64,000 bases of DNA from Bugula neritina (Eukaryota > Animalia > Bryozoa), in contig OZ037768.1 of NCBI GenBank assembly GCA_964035545.1, positions 11,254,741 to 11,318,740 of the forward strand. Direction: 5' to 3'. This document shows, piece after piece, positions 24,672-38,873 of this stretch. The translations under genes and the position numbers were made by a program. Within the stretch, counting starts at the first letter, position 1; each line of letters starts with the position of its first letter. The notes under the pieces were generated by a model. It did no database searches, was not told the DNA's origin, and worked only from the letters and a program-made list of their open reading frames with translations.

Positions 24672-25341
24672 AACAGTGCACCCTTCGCAGCGATACTGGC
24701 TGAAGAATTAGCGGGGCGCGCTCGAGCGTGCAAGCACGTTGGTGATGCAGTGGCTGCAGTGCGCATTGCCTACTCACACTCTGCAGGTCACAACACCAGT
24801 CATGATATTATTATAGCTTAATGCACAGCAAAGGTTTAAAATAAGCAGGCCTGAGAGGGGGCAAGACGAGAGTCGCGACACCACGGCACACAACTGGAGA
24901 GTTGCGCAAAATCTCCGCGTCACATTCGTGTGACTTTCAGGATGTGTGCTGTAGCATTGATTGAGATGAGTTTTGAAAGCATTTGCACATGTATATCAGG
25001 CAATTTAATTTTGGAATTATTTCAACACTGCATTAGAGTTGATTAAATAAAATATTATTCTTGAGAATGTCTTAAACAATTCTTTTTTGGAATTTGTGAA
25101 GCCATGCATCAGAAGAAATTCAAAAAGAATTTCAAAAATACAAACATGTAATAAAAAGCAAGAATGATATAATATAATATTATTTTTTGGAAAGGAATGT
25201 TAAATATTCCATTTGAGTTAGTGTGTTGAAAAACATTTCACATCAGCAAGTTGGAAGAAATAATATTCGAGTAACTGATCATAATATTACTATTGCGTGT
25301 TGCTAATGTTTTTGTGTTTGAGGAGAGAAAAAAGAAAAAAA

Positions 25342-25460
25342 AGTCTACAGCACCTGGTATTCCCAGGCGGTCACCCATCCAAGTACTAACCAGGCTCGAC
25401 GTTGCTTAGCTTCAGTGATCGGACGAGAACTGGCGTTTTCAACGTGATATGGCCGTAGAC
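25342..25460 (-). rRNA. 5S rRNA (copy 33)
   Basis: Matches copy 1. Confidence 0.98.
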
Positions 25461-26130
25461 AACAGTGCACCCTTCGCAGCGATACTGGCTGAAGAATTAG
25501 CGGGGCGCGCTCGAGCGTGCAAGCACGTTGGTGATGCAGTGGCTGCAGTGCGCATTGCCTACTCACACTCTGCAGGTCACAACACCAGTCATGGTATTAT
25601 TATAGCTTAATGCACAGCAAAGGTTTAAAATAAGCAGGCCTGAGAGGGGGCAAGACGAGAGTCGCGACACCACGGCACACAACTGGAGAGTTGCGCAAAA
25701 TCTCCGCGTCACATTCGTGTGACTTTCAGGATGTGTGCTGTAGCTTTGATTGAGATGAGTTTTGAAAGCATTTGCACATGTATATCAGGCAATTTAATTT
25801 TGGAATTATTTCAACACTGCATTAGAGTTGATTAAATAAAATATTATTCTTGAGAAAGTCTTAAACAATTCTTTTTTGGAATTTGTGAAGCCATGGATCA
25901 GAAGAAAATCAAAAAGAATTTCAAAAATAAAAACATGTAATAAAAAGCAAGAATGATATAATATAATATTATTTTTTGGAAAGGAATGTTAAATATTCCA
26001 TTTGAGTTAGTGTGTTGAAAAACATTTCACATCAGCAAGTTGGAAGAAATAATATTCAAGTAACTGATCATAATATTACTATTGCGTGTTGCTAATGCTT
26101 TTGTGTTTGAGGAGAGAAAAAAGAAAAAAA

Positions 26131-26249
26131 AGTCTACAGCACCTGGTATTCCCAGGCGGTCACCCATCCAAGTACTAACCAGGCTCGACGTTGCTTAGCT
26201 TCAGTGATCGGACGAGAACTGGCGTTTTCAACGTGATATGGCCGTAGAC
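26131..26249 (-). rRNA. 5S rRNA (copy 34)
   Basis: Matches copy 1. Confidence 0.98.
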
Positions 26250-26919
26250 AACAGTGCACCCTTCGCAGCGATACTGGCTGAAGAATTAGCGGGGCGCGCT
26301 CGAGCGTGCAAGCACGTTGGTGATGCAGTGGCTGCAGTGCGCATTGCCTACTCACACTCTGCAGGTCACAACACCGGTCATGATATTATTATAGCTTAAT
26401 GCACAGCAAAGGTTTAAAATAAGCAGGCCTGAGAGGGGGCAAGACGAGAGTCGCGACACCACGGCACACAACTGGAGAGTTGCGCAAAATCTCCGCGTCA
26501 CATTCGTGTGACTTTCAGGATGTGTGCTGTAGCATTGATTGAGATGAGTTTTGAAAGCATTTGCACATGTATATCAGGCAATTTAATTTTGGAATTATTT
26601 CAACACTGCATTAGAGTTGATTAAATAAAATATTATTCTTGAGAAAGTCTTAAACAATTCTTTTTTGGAATTTGTGAAGCCATGCATCAGAAGAAATTCA
26701 AAAAGAATTTCAAAAATAAAAACATGTAATAAAAAGCAAGAATGATATAATATAATATTATTTTTTGGAAAGGAATGTTAAATATTCCATTTGAGTTAGT
26801 GTGTTGAAAAACATTTCACATCAGCAAGTTGGAAGAAATAATATTCGAGTAACTGATCATAATATTACTATTGCGTGTTGCTAATGTTTTTGTGTTTGAG
26901 GAGAGAAAAAAGAAAAAAA

Positions 26920-27038
26920 AGTCTACAGCACCTGGTATTCCCAGGCGGTCACCCATCCAAGTACCAACCAGGCTCGACGTTGCTTAGCTTCAGTGATCGG
27001 ACGAGAACTGGCGTTTTCAACGTGATATGGCCGTAGAC
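26920..27038 (-). rRNA. 5S rRNA (copy 35, A74G variant)
   Basis: Matches copy 1 except at 26965. Confidence 0.97.
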
Positions 27039-27708
27039 AACAGTGCACCCTTCGCAGCGATACTGGCTGAAGAATTAGCGGGGCGCGCTCGAGCGTGCAA
27101 GCACGTTGGTGATGCAGTGGCTGCAGTGCGCATTGCCTACTCACACTCTGCAGGTCACAACACCAGTCATGATATTATTATAGCTTAATGCACAGCAAAG
27201 GTTTAAAATAAGCAGGCCTGAGAGGGGGCAAGACGAGAGTCGCGACACCACGGCACACAACTGGAGAGTTGCGCAAAATCTCCGCGTCACATTCGTGTGA
27301 CTTTCAGGATGTGTGCTGTAGCATTGATTGAGATGAGTTTTGAAAGCATTTGCACATGTATATCAGGCAATTTAATTTTGGAATTATTTCAACACTGCAT
27401 TAGAGTTGATTAAATAAAATATTATTCTTGAGAATGTCTTAAACAATTCTTTTTTGGAATTTGTGAAGCCATGCATCAGAAGAAATTCAAAAAGAATTTC
27501 AAAAATACAAACATGTAATAAAAAGCAAGAATGATATAATATAATATTATTTTTTGGAAAGGAATGTTAAATATTCCATTTGAGTTAGTGTGTTGAAAAA
27601 CATTTCACATCAGCAAGTTGGAAGAAATAATATTCGAGTAACTGATCATAATATTACTATTGCGTGTTGCTAATGTTTTTGTGTTTGAGGAGAGAAAAAA
27701 GAAAAAAA

Positions 27709-27827
27709 AGTCTACAGCACCTGGTATTCCCAGGCGGTCACCCATCCAAGTACTAACCAGGCTCGACGTTGCTTAGCTTCAGTGATCGGACGAGAACTGG
27801 CGTTTTCAACGTGATATGGCCGTAGAC
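27709..27827 (-). rRNA. 5S rRNA (copy 36)
   Basis: Matches copy 1. Confidence 0.98.
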
Positions 27828-28497
27828 AACAGTGCACCCTTCGCAGCGATACTGGCTGAAGAATTAGCGGGGCGCGCTCGAGCGTGCAAGCACGTTGGTG
27901 ATGCAGTGGCTGCAGTGCGCATTGCCTACTCACACTCTGCAGGTCACAACACCAGTCATGGTATTATTATAGCTTAATGCACAGCAAAGGTTTAAAATAA
28001 GCAGGCCTGAGAGGGGGCAAGACGAGAGTCGCGACACCACGGCACACAACTGGAGAGTTGCGCAAAATCTCCGCGTCACATTCGTGTGACTTTCAGGATG
28101 TGTGCTGTAGCTTTGATTGAGATGAGTTTTGAAAGCATTTGCACATGTATATCAGGCAATTTAATTTTGGAATTATTTCAACACTGCATTAGAGTTGATT
28201 AAATAAAATATTATTCTTGAGAAAGTCTTAAACAATTCTTTTTTGGAATTTGTGAAGCCATGGATCAGAAGAAAATCAAAAAGAATTTCAAAAATAAAAA
28301 CATGTAATAAAAAGCAAGAATGATATAATATAATATTATTTTTTGGAAAGGAATGTTAAATATTCCATTTGAGTTAGTGTGTTGAAAAACATTTCACATC
28401 AGCAAGTTGGAAGAAATAATATTCAAGTAACTGATCATAATATTACTATTGCGTGTTGCTAATGCTTTTGTGTTTGAGGAGAGAAAAAAGAAAAAAA

Positions 28498-28616
28498 AGT
28501 CTACAGCACCTGGTATTCCCAGGCGGTCACCCATCCAAGTACTAACCAGGCTCGACGTTGCTTAGCTTCAGTGATCGGACGAGAACTGGCGTTTTCAACG
28601 TGATATGGCCGTAGAC
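28498..28616 (-). rRNA. 5S rRNA (copy 37)
   Basis: Matches copy 1. Confidence 0.98.
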
Positions 28617-29286
28617 AACAGTGCACCCTTCGCAGCGATACTGGCTGAAGAATTAGCGGGGCGCGCTCGAGCGTGCAAGCACGTTGGTGATGCAGTGGCT
28701 GCAGTGCGCATTGCCTACTCACACTCTGCAGGTCACAACACCAGTCATGATATTATTATAGCTTAATGCACAGCAAAGGTTTAAAATAAGCAGGCCTGAG
28801 AGGGGGCAAGACGAGAGTCGCGACACCACGGCACACAACTGGAGAGTTGCGCAAAATCTCCGCGTCACATTCGTGTGACTTTCAGGATGTGTGCTGTAGC
28901 ATTGATTGAGATGAGTTTTGAAAGCATTTGCACATGTATATCAGGCAATTTAATTTTGGAATTATTTCAACACTGCATTAGAGTTGATTAAATAAAATAT
29001 TATTCTTGAGAATGTCTTAAACAATTCTTTTTTGGAATTTGTGAAGCCATGCATCAGAAGAAATTCAAAAAGAATTTCAAAAATACAAACATGTAATAAA
29101 AAGCAAGAATGATATAATATAATATTATTTTTTGGAAAGGAATGTTAAATATTCCATTTGAGTTAGTGTGTTGAAAAACATTTCACATCAGCAAGTTGGA
29201 AGAAATAATATTCGAGTAACTGATCATAATATTACTATTGCGTGTTGCTAATGTTTTTGTGTTTGAGGAGAGAAAAAAGAAAAAAA

Positions 29287-29405
29287 AGTCTACAGCACCT
29301 GGTATTCCCAGGCGGTCACCCATCCAAGTACTAACCAGGCTCGACGTTGCTTAGCTTCAGTGATCGGACGAGAACTGGCGTTTTCAACGTGATATGGCCG
29401 TAGAC
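29287..29405 (-). rRNA. 5S rRNA (copy 38)
   Basis: Matches copy 1. Confidence 0.98.
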
Positions 29406-30075
29406 AACAGTGCACCCTTCGCAGCGATACTGGCTGAAGAATTAGCGGGGCGCGCTCGAGCGTGCAAGCACGTTGGTGATGCAGTGGCTGCAGTGCGCAT
29501 TGCCTACTCACACTCTGCAGGTCACAACACCAGTCATGATATTATTATAGCTTAATGCACAGCAAAGGTTTAAAATAAGCAGGCCTGAGAGGGGGCAAGA
29601 CGAGAGTCGCGACACCACGGCACACAACTGGAGAGTTGCGCAAAATCTCCGCGTCACATTCGTGTGACTTTCAGGATGTGTGCTGTAGCATTGATTGAGA
29701 TGAGTTTTGAAAGCATTTGCACATGTATATCAGGCAATTTAATTTTGGAATTATTTCAACACTGCATTAGAGTTGATTAAATAAAATATTATTCTTGAGA
29801 ATGTCTTAAACAATTCTTTTTTGGAATTTGTGAAGCCATGCATCAGAAGAAATTCAAAAAGAATTTCAAAAATAAAAACATGTAATAAAAAGCAAGAATG
29901 ATATAATATAATATTATTTTTTGGAAAGGAATGTTAAATATTCCATTTGAGTTAGTGTGTTGAAAAACATTTCACATCAGCAAGTTGGAAGAAACAATAT
30001 TCGAGTAACTGATCATAATATTACTATTGCGTGTTGCTAATGTTTTTGTGTTTGAGGAGAGAAAAAAGAAAAAAA

Positions 30076-30194
30076 AGTCTACAGCACCTGGTATTCCCAG
30101 GCGGTCACCCATCCAAGTACTAACCAGGCTCGACGTTGCTTAGCTTCAGTGATCGGACGAGAACTGGCGTTTTCAACGTGATATGGCCGTAGAC
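30076..30194 (-). rRNA. 5S rRNA (copy 39)
   Basis: Matches copy 1. Confidence 0.98.
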
Positions 30195-30864
30195 AACAGT
30201 GCACCCTTCGCAGCGATACTGGCTGAAGAATTAGCGGGGCGCGCTCGAGCGTGCAAGCACGTTGGTGATGCAGTGGCTGCAGTGCGCATTGCCTACTCAC
30301 ACTCTGCAGGTCACAACACCAGTCATGATATTATTATAGCTTAATGCACAGCAAAGGTTTAAAATAAGCAGGCCTGAGAGGGGGCAAGACGAGAGTCGCG
30401 ACACCACGGCACACAACTGGAGAGTTGCGCAAAATCTCCGCGTCACATTCGTGTGACTTTCAGGATGTGTGCTGTAGCATTGATTGAGATGAGTTTTGAA
30501 AGCATTTGCACATGTATATCAGGCAATTTAATTTTGGAATTATTTCAACACTGCATTAGAGTTGATTAAATAAAATATTATTCTTGAGAATGTCTTAAAC
30601 AATTCTTTTTTGGAATTTGTGAAGCCATGCATCAGAAGAAATTCAAAAAGAATTTCAAAAATACAAACATGTAATAAAAAGCAAGAATGATATAATATAA
30701 TATTATTTTTTGGAAAGGAATGTTAAATATTCCATTTGAGTTAGTGTGTTGAAAAACATTTCACATCAGCAAGTTGGAAGAAATAATATTCGAGTAACTG
30801 ATCATAATATTACTATTGCGTGTTGCTAATGTTTTTGTGTTTGAGGAGAGAAAAAAGAAAAAAA

Positions 30865-30983
30865 AGTCTACAGCACCTGGTATTCCCAGGCGGTCACCCA
30901 TCCAAGTACTAACCAGGCTCGACGTTGCTTAGCTTCAGTGATCGGACGAGAACTGGCGTTTTCAACGTGATATGGCCGTAGAC
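30865..30983 (-). rRNA. 5S rRNA (copy 40)
   Basis: Matches copy 1. Confidence 0.98.
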
Positions 30984-31653
30984 AACAGTGCACCCTTCGC
31001 AGCGATACTGGCTGAAGAATTAGCGGGGCGCGCTCGAGCGTGCAAGCACGTTGGTGATGCAGTGGCTGCAGTGCGCATTGCCTACTCACACTCTGCAGGT
31101 CACAACACCAGTCATGATATTATTATAGCTTAATGCACAGCAAAGGTTTAAAATAAGCAGGCCTGAGAGGGGGCAAGACGAGAGTCGCGACACCACGGCA
31201 CACAACTGGAGAGTTGCGCAAAATCTCCGCGTCACATTCGTGTGACTTTCAGGATGTGTGCTGTAGCTTTGATTGAGATGAGTTTTGAAAGCATTTGCAC
31301 ATGTATATCAGGCAATTTAATTTTGGAATTATTTCAACACTGCATTAGAGTTGATTAAATAAAATATTATTCTTGAGAAAGTCTTAAACAATTCTTTTTT
31401 GGAATTTGTGAAGCCATGGATCAGAAGAAAATCAAAAAGAATTTCAAAAATAAAAACATGTAATAAAAAGCAAGAATGATATAATATAATATTATTTTTT
31501 GGAAAGGAATGTTAAATATTCCATTTGAGTTAGTGTGTTGAAAAACATTTCACATCAGCAAGTTGGAAGAAATAATATTCAAGTAACTGATCATAATATT
31601 ACTATTGCGTGTTGCTAATGCTTTTGTGTTTGAGGAGAGAAAAAAGAAAAAAA

Positions 31654-31772
31654 AGTCTACAGCACCTGGTATTCCCAGGCGGTCACCCATCCAAGTACTA
31701 ACCAGGCTCGACGTTGCTTAGCTTCAGTGATCGGACGAGAACTGGCGTTTTCAACGTGATATGGCCGTAGAC
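31654..31772 (-). rRNA. 5S rRNA (copy 41)
   Basis: Matches copy 1. Confidence 0.98.
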
Positions 31773-32442
31773 AACAGTGCACCCTTCGCAGCGATACTGG
31801 CTGAAGAATTAGCGGGGCGCGCTCGAGCGTGCAAGCACGTTGGTGATGCAGTGGCTGCAGTGCGCATTGCCTACTCACACTCTGCAGGTCACAACACCAG
31901 TCATGATATTATTATAGCTTAATGCACAGCAAAGGTTTAAAATAAGCAGGCCTGAGAGGGGGCAAGACGAGAGTCGCGACACCACGGCACACAACTGGAG
32001 AGTTGCGCAAAATCTCCGCGTCACATTCGTGTGACTTTCAGGATGTGTGCTGTAGCATTGATTGAGATGAGTTTTGAAAGCATTTGCACATGTATATCAG
32101 GCAATTTAATTTTGAAATTATTTCAACACTGCATTAGAGTTGATTAAATAAAATATTATTCTTGAGAAAGTCTTAAACAATTCTTTTTTGGAATTTGTGA
32201 AGCCATGCATCAGAAGAAATTCAAAAAGAATTTCAAAAATAAAAACATGTAATAAAAAGCAAGAATGATATAATATAATATTATTTTTTGGAAAGGAATG
32301 TTAAATATTCCATTTGAGTTAGTGTGTTGAAAAACATTTCACATCAGCAAGTTGGAAGAAATAATATTCGAGTAACTGATCATAATATTACTATTGCGTG
32401 TTGCTAATGTTTTTGTGTTTGAGGAGAGAAAAAAGAAAAAAA

Positions 32443-32561
32443 AGTCTACAGCACCTGGTATTCCCAGGCGGTCACCCATCCAAGTACCAACCAGGCTCGA
32501 CGTTGCTTAGCTTCAGTGATCGGACGAGAACTGGCGTTTTCAACGTGATATGGCCGTAGAC
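32443..32561 (-). rRNA. 5S rRNA (copy 42, A74G variant)
   Basis: Matches copy 1 except at 32488. Confidence 0.97.
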
Positions 32562-33231
32562 AACAGTGCACCCTTCGCAGCGATACTGGCTGAAGAATTA
32601 GCGGGGCGCGCTCGAGCGTGCAAGCACGTTGGTGATGCAGTGGCTGCAGTGCGCATTGCCTACTCACACTCTGCAGGTCACAACACCAGTCATGATATTA
32701 TTATAGCTTAATGCACAGCAAAGGTTTAAAATAAGCAGGCCTGAGAGGGGGCAAGACGAGAGTCGCGACACCACGGCACACAACTGGAGAGTTGCGCAAA
32801 ATCTCCGCGTCACATTCGTGTGACTTTCAGGATGTGTGCTGTAGCATTGATTGAGATGAGTTTTGAAAGCATTTGCACATGTATATCAGGCAATTTAATT
32901 TTGGAATTATTTCAACACTGCATTAGAGTTGATTAAATAAAATATTATTCTTGAGAAAGTCTTAAACAATTCTTTTTTGGAATTTGTGAAGCCATGCATC
33001 AGAAGAAATTCAAAAAGAATTTCAAACATAAAAACATGTAATAAAAAGCAAGAATGATATAATATAATATTATTTTTTGGAAAGGAATGTTAAATATTCC
33101 ATTTGAGTTAGTGTGTTGAAAAACATTTCACATCAGCAAGTTGGAAGAAATAATATTCAAGTAACTGATCATAATATTACTATTGCGTGTTGCTAATGTT
33201 TTTGTGTTTGAGGAGAGAAAAAAGAAAAAAA

Positions 33232-33350
33232 AGTCTACAGCACCTGGTATTCCCAGGCGGTCACCCATCCAAGTACTAACCAGGCTCGACGTTGCTTAGC
33301 TTCAGTGATCGGACGAGAACTGGCGTTTTCAACGTGATATGGCCGTAGAC
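33232..33350 (-). rRNA. 5S rRNA (copy 43)
   Basis: Matches copy 1. Confidence 0.98.
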
Positions 33351-34020
33351 AACAGTGCACCCTTCGCAGCGATACTGGCTGAAGAATTAGCGGGGCGCGC
33401 TCGAGCGTGCAAGCACGTTGGTGATGCAGTGGCTGCAGTGCGCATTGCCTACTCACACTCTGCAGGTCACAACACCAGTCATGATATTATTATAGCTTAA
33501 TGCACAGCAAAGGTTTAAAATAAGCAGGCCTGAGAGGGGGCAAGACGAGAGTCGCGACACCACGGCACACAACTGGAGAGTTGCGCAAAATCTCCGCGTC
33601 ACAATCGTGTGACTTTCAGGATGTGTGCTGTAGCATTGATTGAGATGAGTTTTGAAAGCATTTGCACATGTATATCAGGCAATTTAATTTTGGAATTATT
33701 TCAACACTGCATTAGAGTTGATTAAATAAAATATTATTCTTGAGAATGTCTTAAACAATTCTTTTTTGGAATTTGTGAAGCCATGCATCAGAAGAAATTC
33801 AAAAAGAATTTCAAAAATAAAAACATGTAATAAAAAGCAAGAATGATATAATATAATATTATTTTTTGGAAAGGAATGTTAAATATTCCATTTGAGTTAG
33901 TGTGTTGAAAAACATTTCACATCAGCAAGTTGGAAGAAACAATATTCGAGTAACTGATCATAATATTACTATTGCGTGTTGCTAATGTTTTTGTGTTTGA
34001 GGAGAGAAAAAAGAAAAAAA

Positions 34021-34139
34021 AGTCTACAGCACCTGGTATTCCCAGGCGGTCACCCATCCAAGTACTAACCAGGCTCGACGTTGCTTAGCTTCAGTGATCG
34101 GACGAGAACTGGCGTTTTCAACGTGATATGGCCGTAGAC
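34021..34139 (-). rRNA. 5S rRNA (copy 44)
   Basis: Matches copy 1. Confidence 0.98.
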
Positions 34140-34809
34140 AACAGTGCACCCTTCGCAGCGATACTGGCTGAAGAATTAGCGGGGCGCGCTCGAGCGTGCA
34201 AGCACGTTGGTGATGCAGTGGCTGCAGTGCGCATTGCCTACTCACACTCTGCAGGTCACAACACCAGTCATGATATTATTATAGCTTAATGCACAGCAAA
34301 GGTTTAAAATAAGCAGGCCTGAGAGGGGGCAAGACGAGAGTCGCGACACCACGGCACACAACTGGAGAGTTGCGCAAAATCTCCGCGTCACATTCGTGTG
34401 ACTTTCAGGATGTGTGCTGTAGCATTGATTGAGATGAGTTTTGAAAGCATTTGCACATGTATATCAGGCAATTTAATTTTGGAATTATTTCAACACTGCA
34501 TTAGAGTTGATTAAATAAAATATTATTCTTGAGAATGTCTTAAACAATTCTTTTTTGGAATTTGTGAAGCCATGCATCAGAAGAAATTCAAAAAGAATTT
34601 CAAAAATACAAACATGTAATAAAAAGCAAGAATGATATAATATAATATTATTTTTTGGAAAGGAATGTTAAATATTCCATTTGAGTTAGTGTGTTGAAAA
34701 ACATTTCACATCAGCAAGTTGGAAGAAATAATATTCGAGTAACTGATCATAATATTACTATTGCGTGTTGCTAATGTTTTTGTGTTTGAGGAGAGAAAAA
34801 AGAAAAAAA

Positions 34810-34928
34810 AGTCTACAGCACCTGGTATTCCCAGGCGGTCACCCATCCAAGTACTAACCAGGCTCGACGTTGCTTAGCTTCAGTGATCGGACGAGAACTG
34901 GCGTTTTCAACGTGATATGGCCGTAGAC
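34810..34928 (-). rRNA. 5S rRNA (copy 45)
   Basis: Matches copy 1. Confidence 0.98.
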
Positions 34929-35598
34929 AACAGTGCACCCTTCGCAGCGATACTGGCTGAAGAATTAGCGGGGCGCGCTCGAGCGTGCAAGCACGTTGGT
35001 GATGCAGTGGCTGCAGTGCGCATTGCCTACTCACACTCTGCAGGTCACAACACCAGTCATGGTATTATTATAGCTTAATGCACAGCAAAGGTTTAAAATA
35101 AGCAGGCCTGAGAGGGGGCAAGACGAGAGTCGCGACACCACGGCACACAACTGGAGAGTTGCGCAAAATCTCCGCGTCACATTCGTGTGACTTTCAGGAT
35201 GTGTGCTGTAGCTTTGATTGAGATGAGTTTTGAAAGCATTTGCACATGTATATCAGGCAATTTAATTTTGGAATTATTTCAACACTGCATTAGAGTTGAT
35301 TAAATAAAATATTATTCTTGAGAAAGTCTTAAACAATTCTTTTTTGGAATTTGTGAAGCCATGGATCAGAAGAAAATCAAAAAGAATTTCAAAAATAAAA
35401 ACATGTAATAAAAAGCAAGAATGATATAATATAATATTATTTTTTGGAAAGGAATGTTAAATATTCCATTTGAGTTAGTGTGTTGAAAAACATTTCACAT
35501 CAGCAAGTTGGAAGAAATAATATTCAAGTAACTGATCATAATATTACTATTGCGTGTTGCTAATGTTTTTGTGTTTGAGGAGAGAAAAAAGAAAAAAA

Positions 35599-35717
35599 AG
35601 TCTACAGCACCTGGTATTCCCAGGCGGTCACCCATCCAAGTACTAACCAGGCTCGACGTTGCTTAGCTTCAGTGATCGGACGAGAACTGGCGTTTTCAAC
35701 GTGATATGGCCGTAGAC
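35599..35717 (-). rRNA. 5S rRNA (copy 46)
   Basis: Matches copy 1. Confidence 0.98.
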
Positions 35718-36387
35718 AACAGTGCACCCTTCGCAGCGATACTGGCTGAAGAATTAGCGGGGCGCGCTCGAGCGTGCAAGCACGTTGGTGATGCAGTGGC
35801 TGCAGTGCGCATTGCCTACTCACACTCTGCAGGTCACAACACCAGTCATGATATTATTATAGCTTAATGCACAGCAAAGGTTTAAAATAAGCAGGCCTGA
35901 GAGGGGGCAAGACGAGAGTCGCGACACCACGGCACACAACTGGAGAGTTGCGCAAAATCTCCGCGTCACATTCGTGTGACTTTCAGGATGTGTGCTGTAG
36001 CATTGATTGAGATGAGTTTTGAAAGCATTTGCACATGTATATCAGGCAATTTAATTTTGGAATTATTTCAACACTGCATTAGAGTTGATTAAATAAAATA
36101 TTATTCTTGAGAAAGTCTTAAACAATTCTTTTTTGGAATTTGTGAAGCCATGCATCAGAAGAAATTCAAAAAGAATTTCAAAAATAAAAACATGTAATAA
36201 AAAGCAAGAATGATATAATATAATATTATTTTTTGGAAAGGAATGTTAAATATTCCATTTGAGTTAGTGTGTTGAAAAACATTTCACATCAGCAAGTTGG
36301 AAGAAATAATATTCGAGTAACTGATCATAATATTACTATTGCGTGTTGCTAATGTTTTTGTGTTTGAGGAGAGAAAAAAGAAAAAAA

Positions 36388-36506
36388 AGTCTACAGCACC
36401 TGGTATTCCCAGGCGGTCACCCATCCAAGTACCAACCAGGCTCGACGTTGCTTAGCTTCAGTGATCGGACGAGAACTGGCGTTTTCAACGTGATATGGCC
36501 GTAGAC
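36388..36506 (-). rRNA. 5S rRNA (copy 47, A74G variant)
   Basis: Matches copy 1 except at 36433. Confidence 0.97.
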
Positions 36507-37176
36507 AACAGTGCACCCTTCGCAGCGATACTGGCTGAAGAATTAGCGGGGCGCGCTCGAGCGTGCAAGCACGTTGGTGATGCAGTGGCTGCAGTGCGCA
36601 TTGCCTACTCACACTCTGCAGGTCACAACACCAGTCATGATATTATTATAGCTTAATGCACAGCAAAGGTTTAAAATAAGCAGGCCTGAGAGGGGGCAAG
36701 ACGAGAGTCGCGACACCACGGCACACAACTGGAGAGTTGCGCAAAATCTCCGCGTCACATTCGTGTGACTTTCAGGATGTGTGCTGTAGCATTGATTGAG
36801 ATGAGTTTTGAAAGCATTTGCACATGTATATCAGGCAATTTAATTTTGGAATTATTTCAACACTGCATTAGAGTTGATTAAATAAAATATTATTCTTGAG
36901 AAAGTCTTAAACAATTCTTTTTTGGAATTTGTGAAGCCATGCATCAGAAGAAAATCAAAAAGAATTTCAAACATAAAAACATGTAATAAAAAGCAAGAAT
37001 GATATAATATAATATTATTTTTTGGAAAGGAATGTTAAATATTCCATTTGAGTTAGTGTGTTGAAAAACATTTCACATCAGCAAGTTGGAAGAAATAATA
37101 TTCAAGTAACTGATCATAATATTACTATTGCGTGTTGCTAATGTTTTTGTGTTTGAGGAGAGAAAAAAGAAAAAAA

Positions 37177-37295
37177 AGTCTACAGCACCTGGTATTCCCA
37201 GGCGGTCACCCATCCAAGTACTAACCAGGCTCGACGTTGCTTAGCTTCAGTGATCGGACGAGAACTGGCGTTTTCAACGTGATATGGCCGTAGAC
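37177..37295 (-). rRNA. 5S rRNA (copy 48)
   Basis: Matches copy 1. Confidence 0.98.
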
Positions 37296-37965
37296 AACAG
37301 TGCACCCTTCGCAGCGATACTGGCTGAAGAATTAGCGGGGCGCGCTCGAGCGTGCAAGCACGTTGGTGATGCAGTGGCTGCAGTGCGCATTGCCTACTCA
37401 CACTCTGCAGGTCACAACACCAGTCATGATATTATTATAGCTTAATGCACAGCAAAGGTTTAAAATAAGCAGGCCTGAGAGGGGGCAAGACGAGAGTCGC
37501 GACACCACGGCACACAACTGGAGAGTTGCGCAAAATCTCCGCGTCACATTCGTGTGACTTTCAGGATGTGTGCTGTAGCATTGATTGAGATGAGTTTTGA
37601 AAGCATTTGCACATGTATATCAGGCAATTTAATTTTGGAATTATTTCAACACTGCATTAGAGTTGATTAAATAAAATATTATTCTTGAGAATGTCTTAAA
37701 CAATTCTTTTTTGGAATTTGTGAAGCCATGCATCAGAAGAAATTCAAAAAGAATTTCAAAAATAAAAACATGTAATAAAAAGCAAGAATGATATAATATA
37801 ATATTATTTTTTGGAAAGGAATGTTAAATATTCCATTTGAGTTAGTGTGTTGAAAAACATTTCACATCAGCAAGTTGGAAGAAACAATATTCGAGTAACT
37901 GATCATAATATTACTATTGCGTGTTGCTAATGTTTTTGTGTTTGAGGAGAGAAAAAAGAAAAAAA

Positions 37966-38084
37966 AGTCTACAGCACCTGGTATTCCCAGGCGGTCACCC
38001 ATCCAAGTACTAACCAGGCTCGACGTTGCTTAGCTTCAGTGATCGGACGAGAACTGGCGTTTTCAACGTGATATGGCCGTAGAC
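37966..38084 (-). rRNA. 5S rRNA (copy 49)
   Basis: Matches copy 1. Confidence 0.98.
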
Positions 38085-38754
38085 AACAGTGCACCCTTCG
38101 CAGCGATACTGGCTGAAGAATTAGCGGGGCGCGCTCGAGCGTGCAAGCACGTTGGTGATGCAGTGGCTGCAGTGCGCATTGCCTACTCACACTCTGCAGG
38201 TCACAACACCAGTCATGATATTATTATAGCTTAATGCACAGCAAAGGTTTAAAATAAGCAGGCCTGAGAGGGGGCAAGACGAGAGTCGCGACACCACGGC
38301 ACACAACTGGAGAGTTGCGCAAAATCTCCGCGTCACATTCGTGTGACTTTCAGGATGTGTGCTGTAGCATTGATTGAGATGAGTTTTGAAAGCATTTGCA
38401 CATGTATATCAGGCAATTTAATTTTGGAATTATTTCAACACTGCATTAGAGTTGATTAAATAAAATATTATTCTTGAGAATGTCTTAAACAATTCTTTTT
38501 TGGAATTTGTGAAGCCATGCATCAGAAGAAATTCAAAAAGAATTTCAAAAATACAAACATGTAATAAAAAGCAAGAATGATATAATATAATATTATTTTT
38601 TGGAAAGGAATGTTAAATATTCCATTTGAGTTAGTGTGTTGAAAAACATTTCACATCAGCAAGTTGGAAGAAATAATATTCGAGTAACTGATCATAATAT
38701 TACTATTGCGTGTTGCTAATGTTTTTGTGTTTGAGGAGAGAAAAAAGAAAAAAA

Positions 38755-38873
38755 AGTCTACAGCACCTGGTATTCCCAGGCGGTCACCCATCCAAGTACT
38801 AACCAGGCTCGACGTTGCTTAGCTTCAGTGATCGGACGAGAACTGGCGTTTTCAACGTGATATGGCCGTAGAC
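38755..38873 (-). rRNA. 5S rRNA (copy 50)
   Basis: Matches copy 1. Confidence 0.98.
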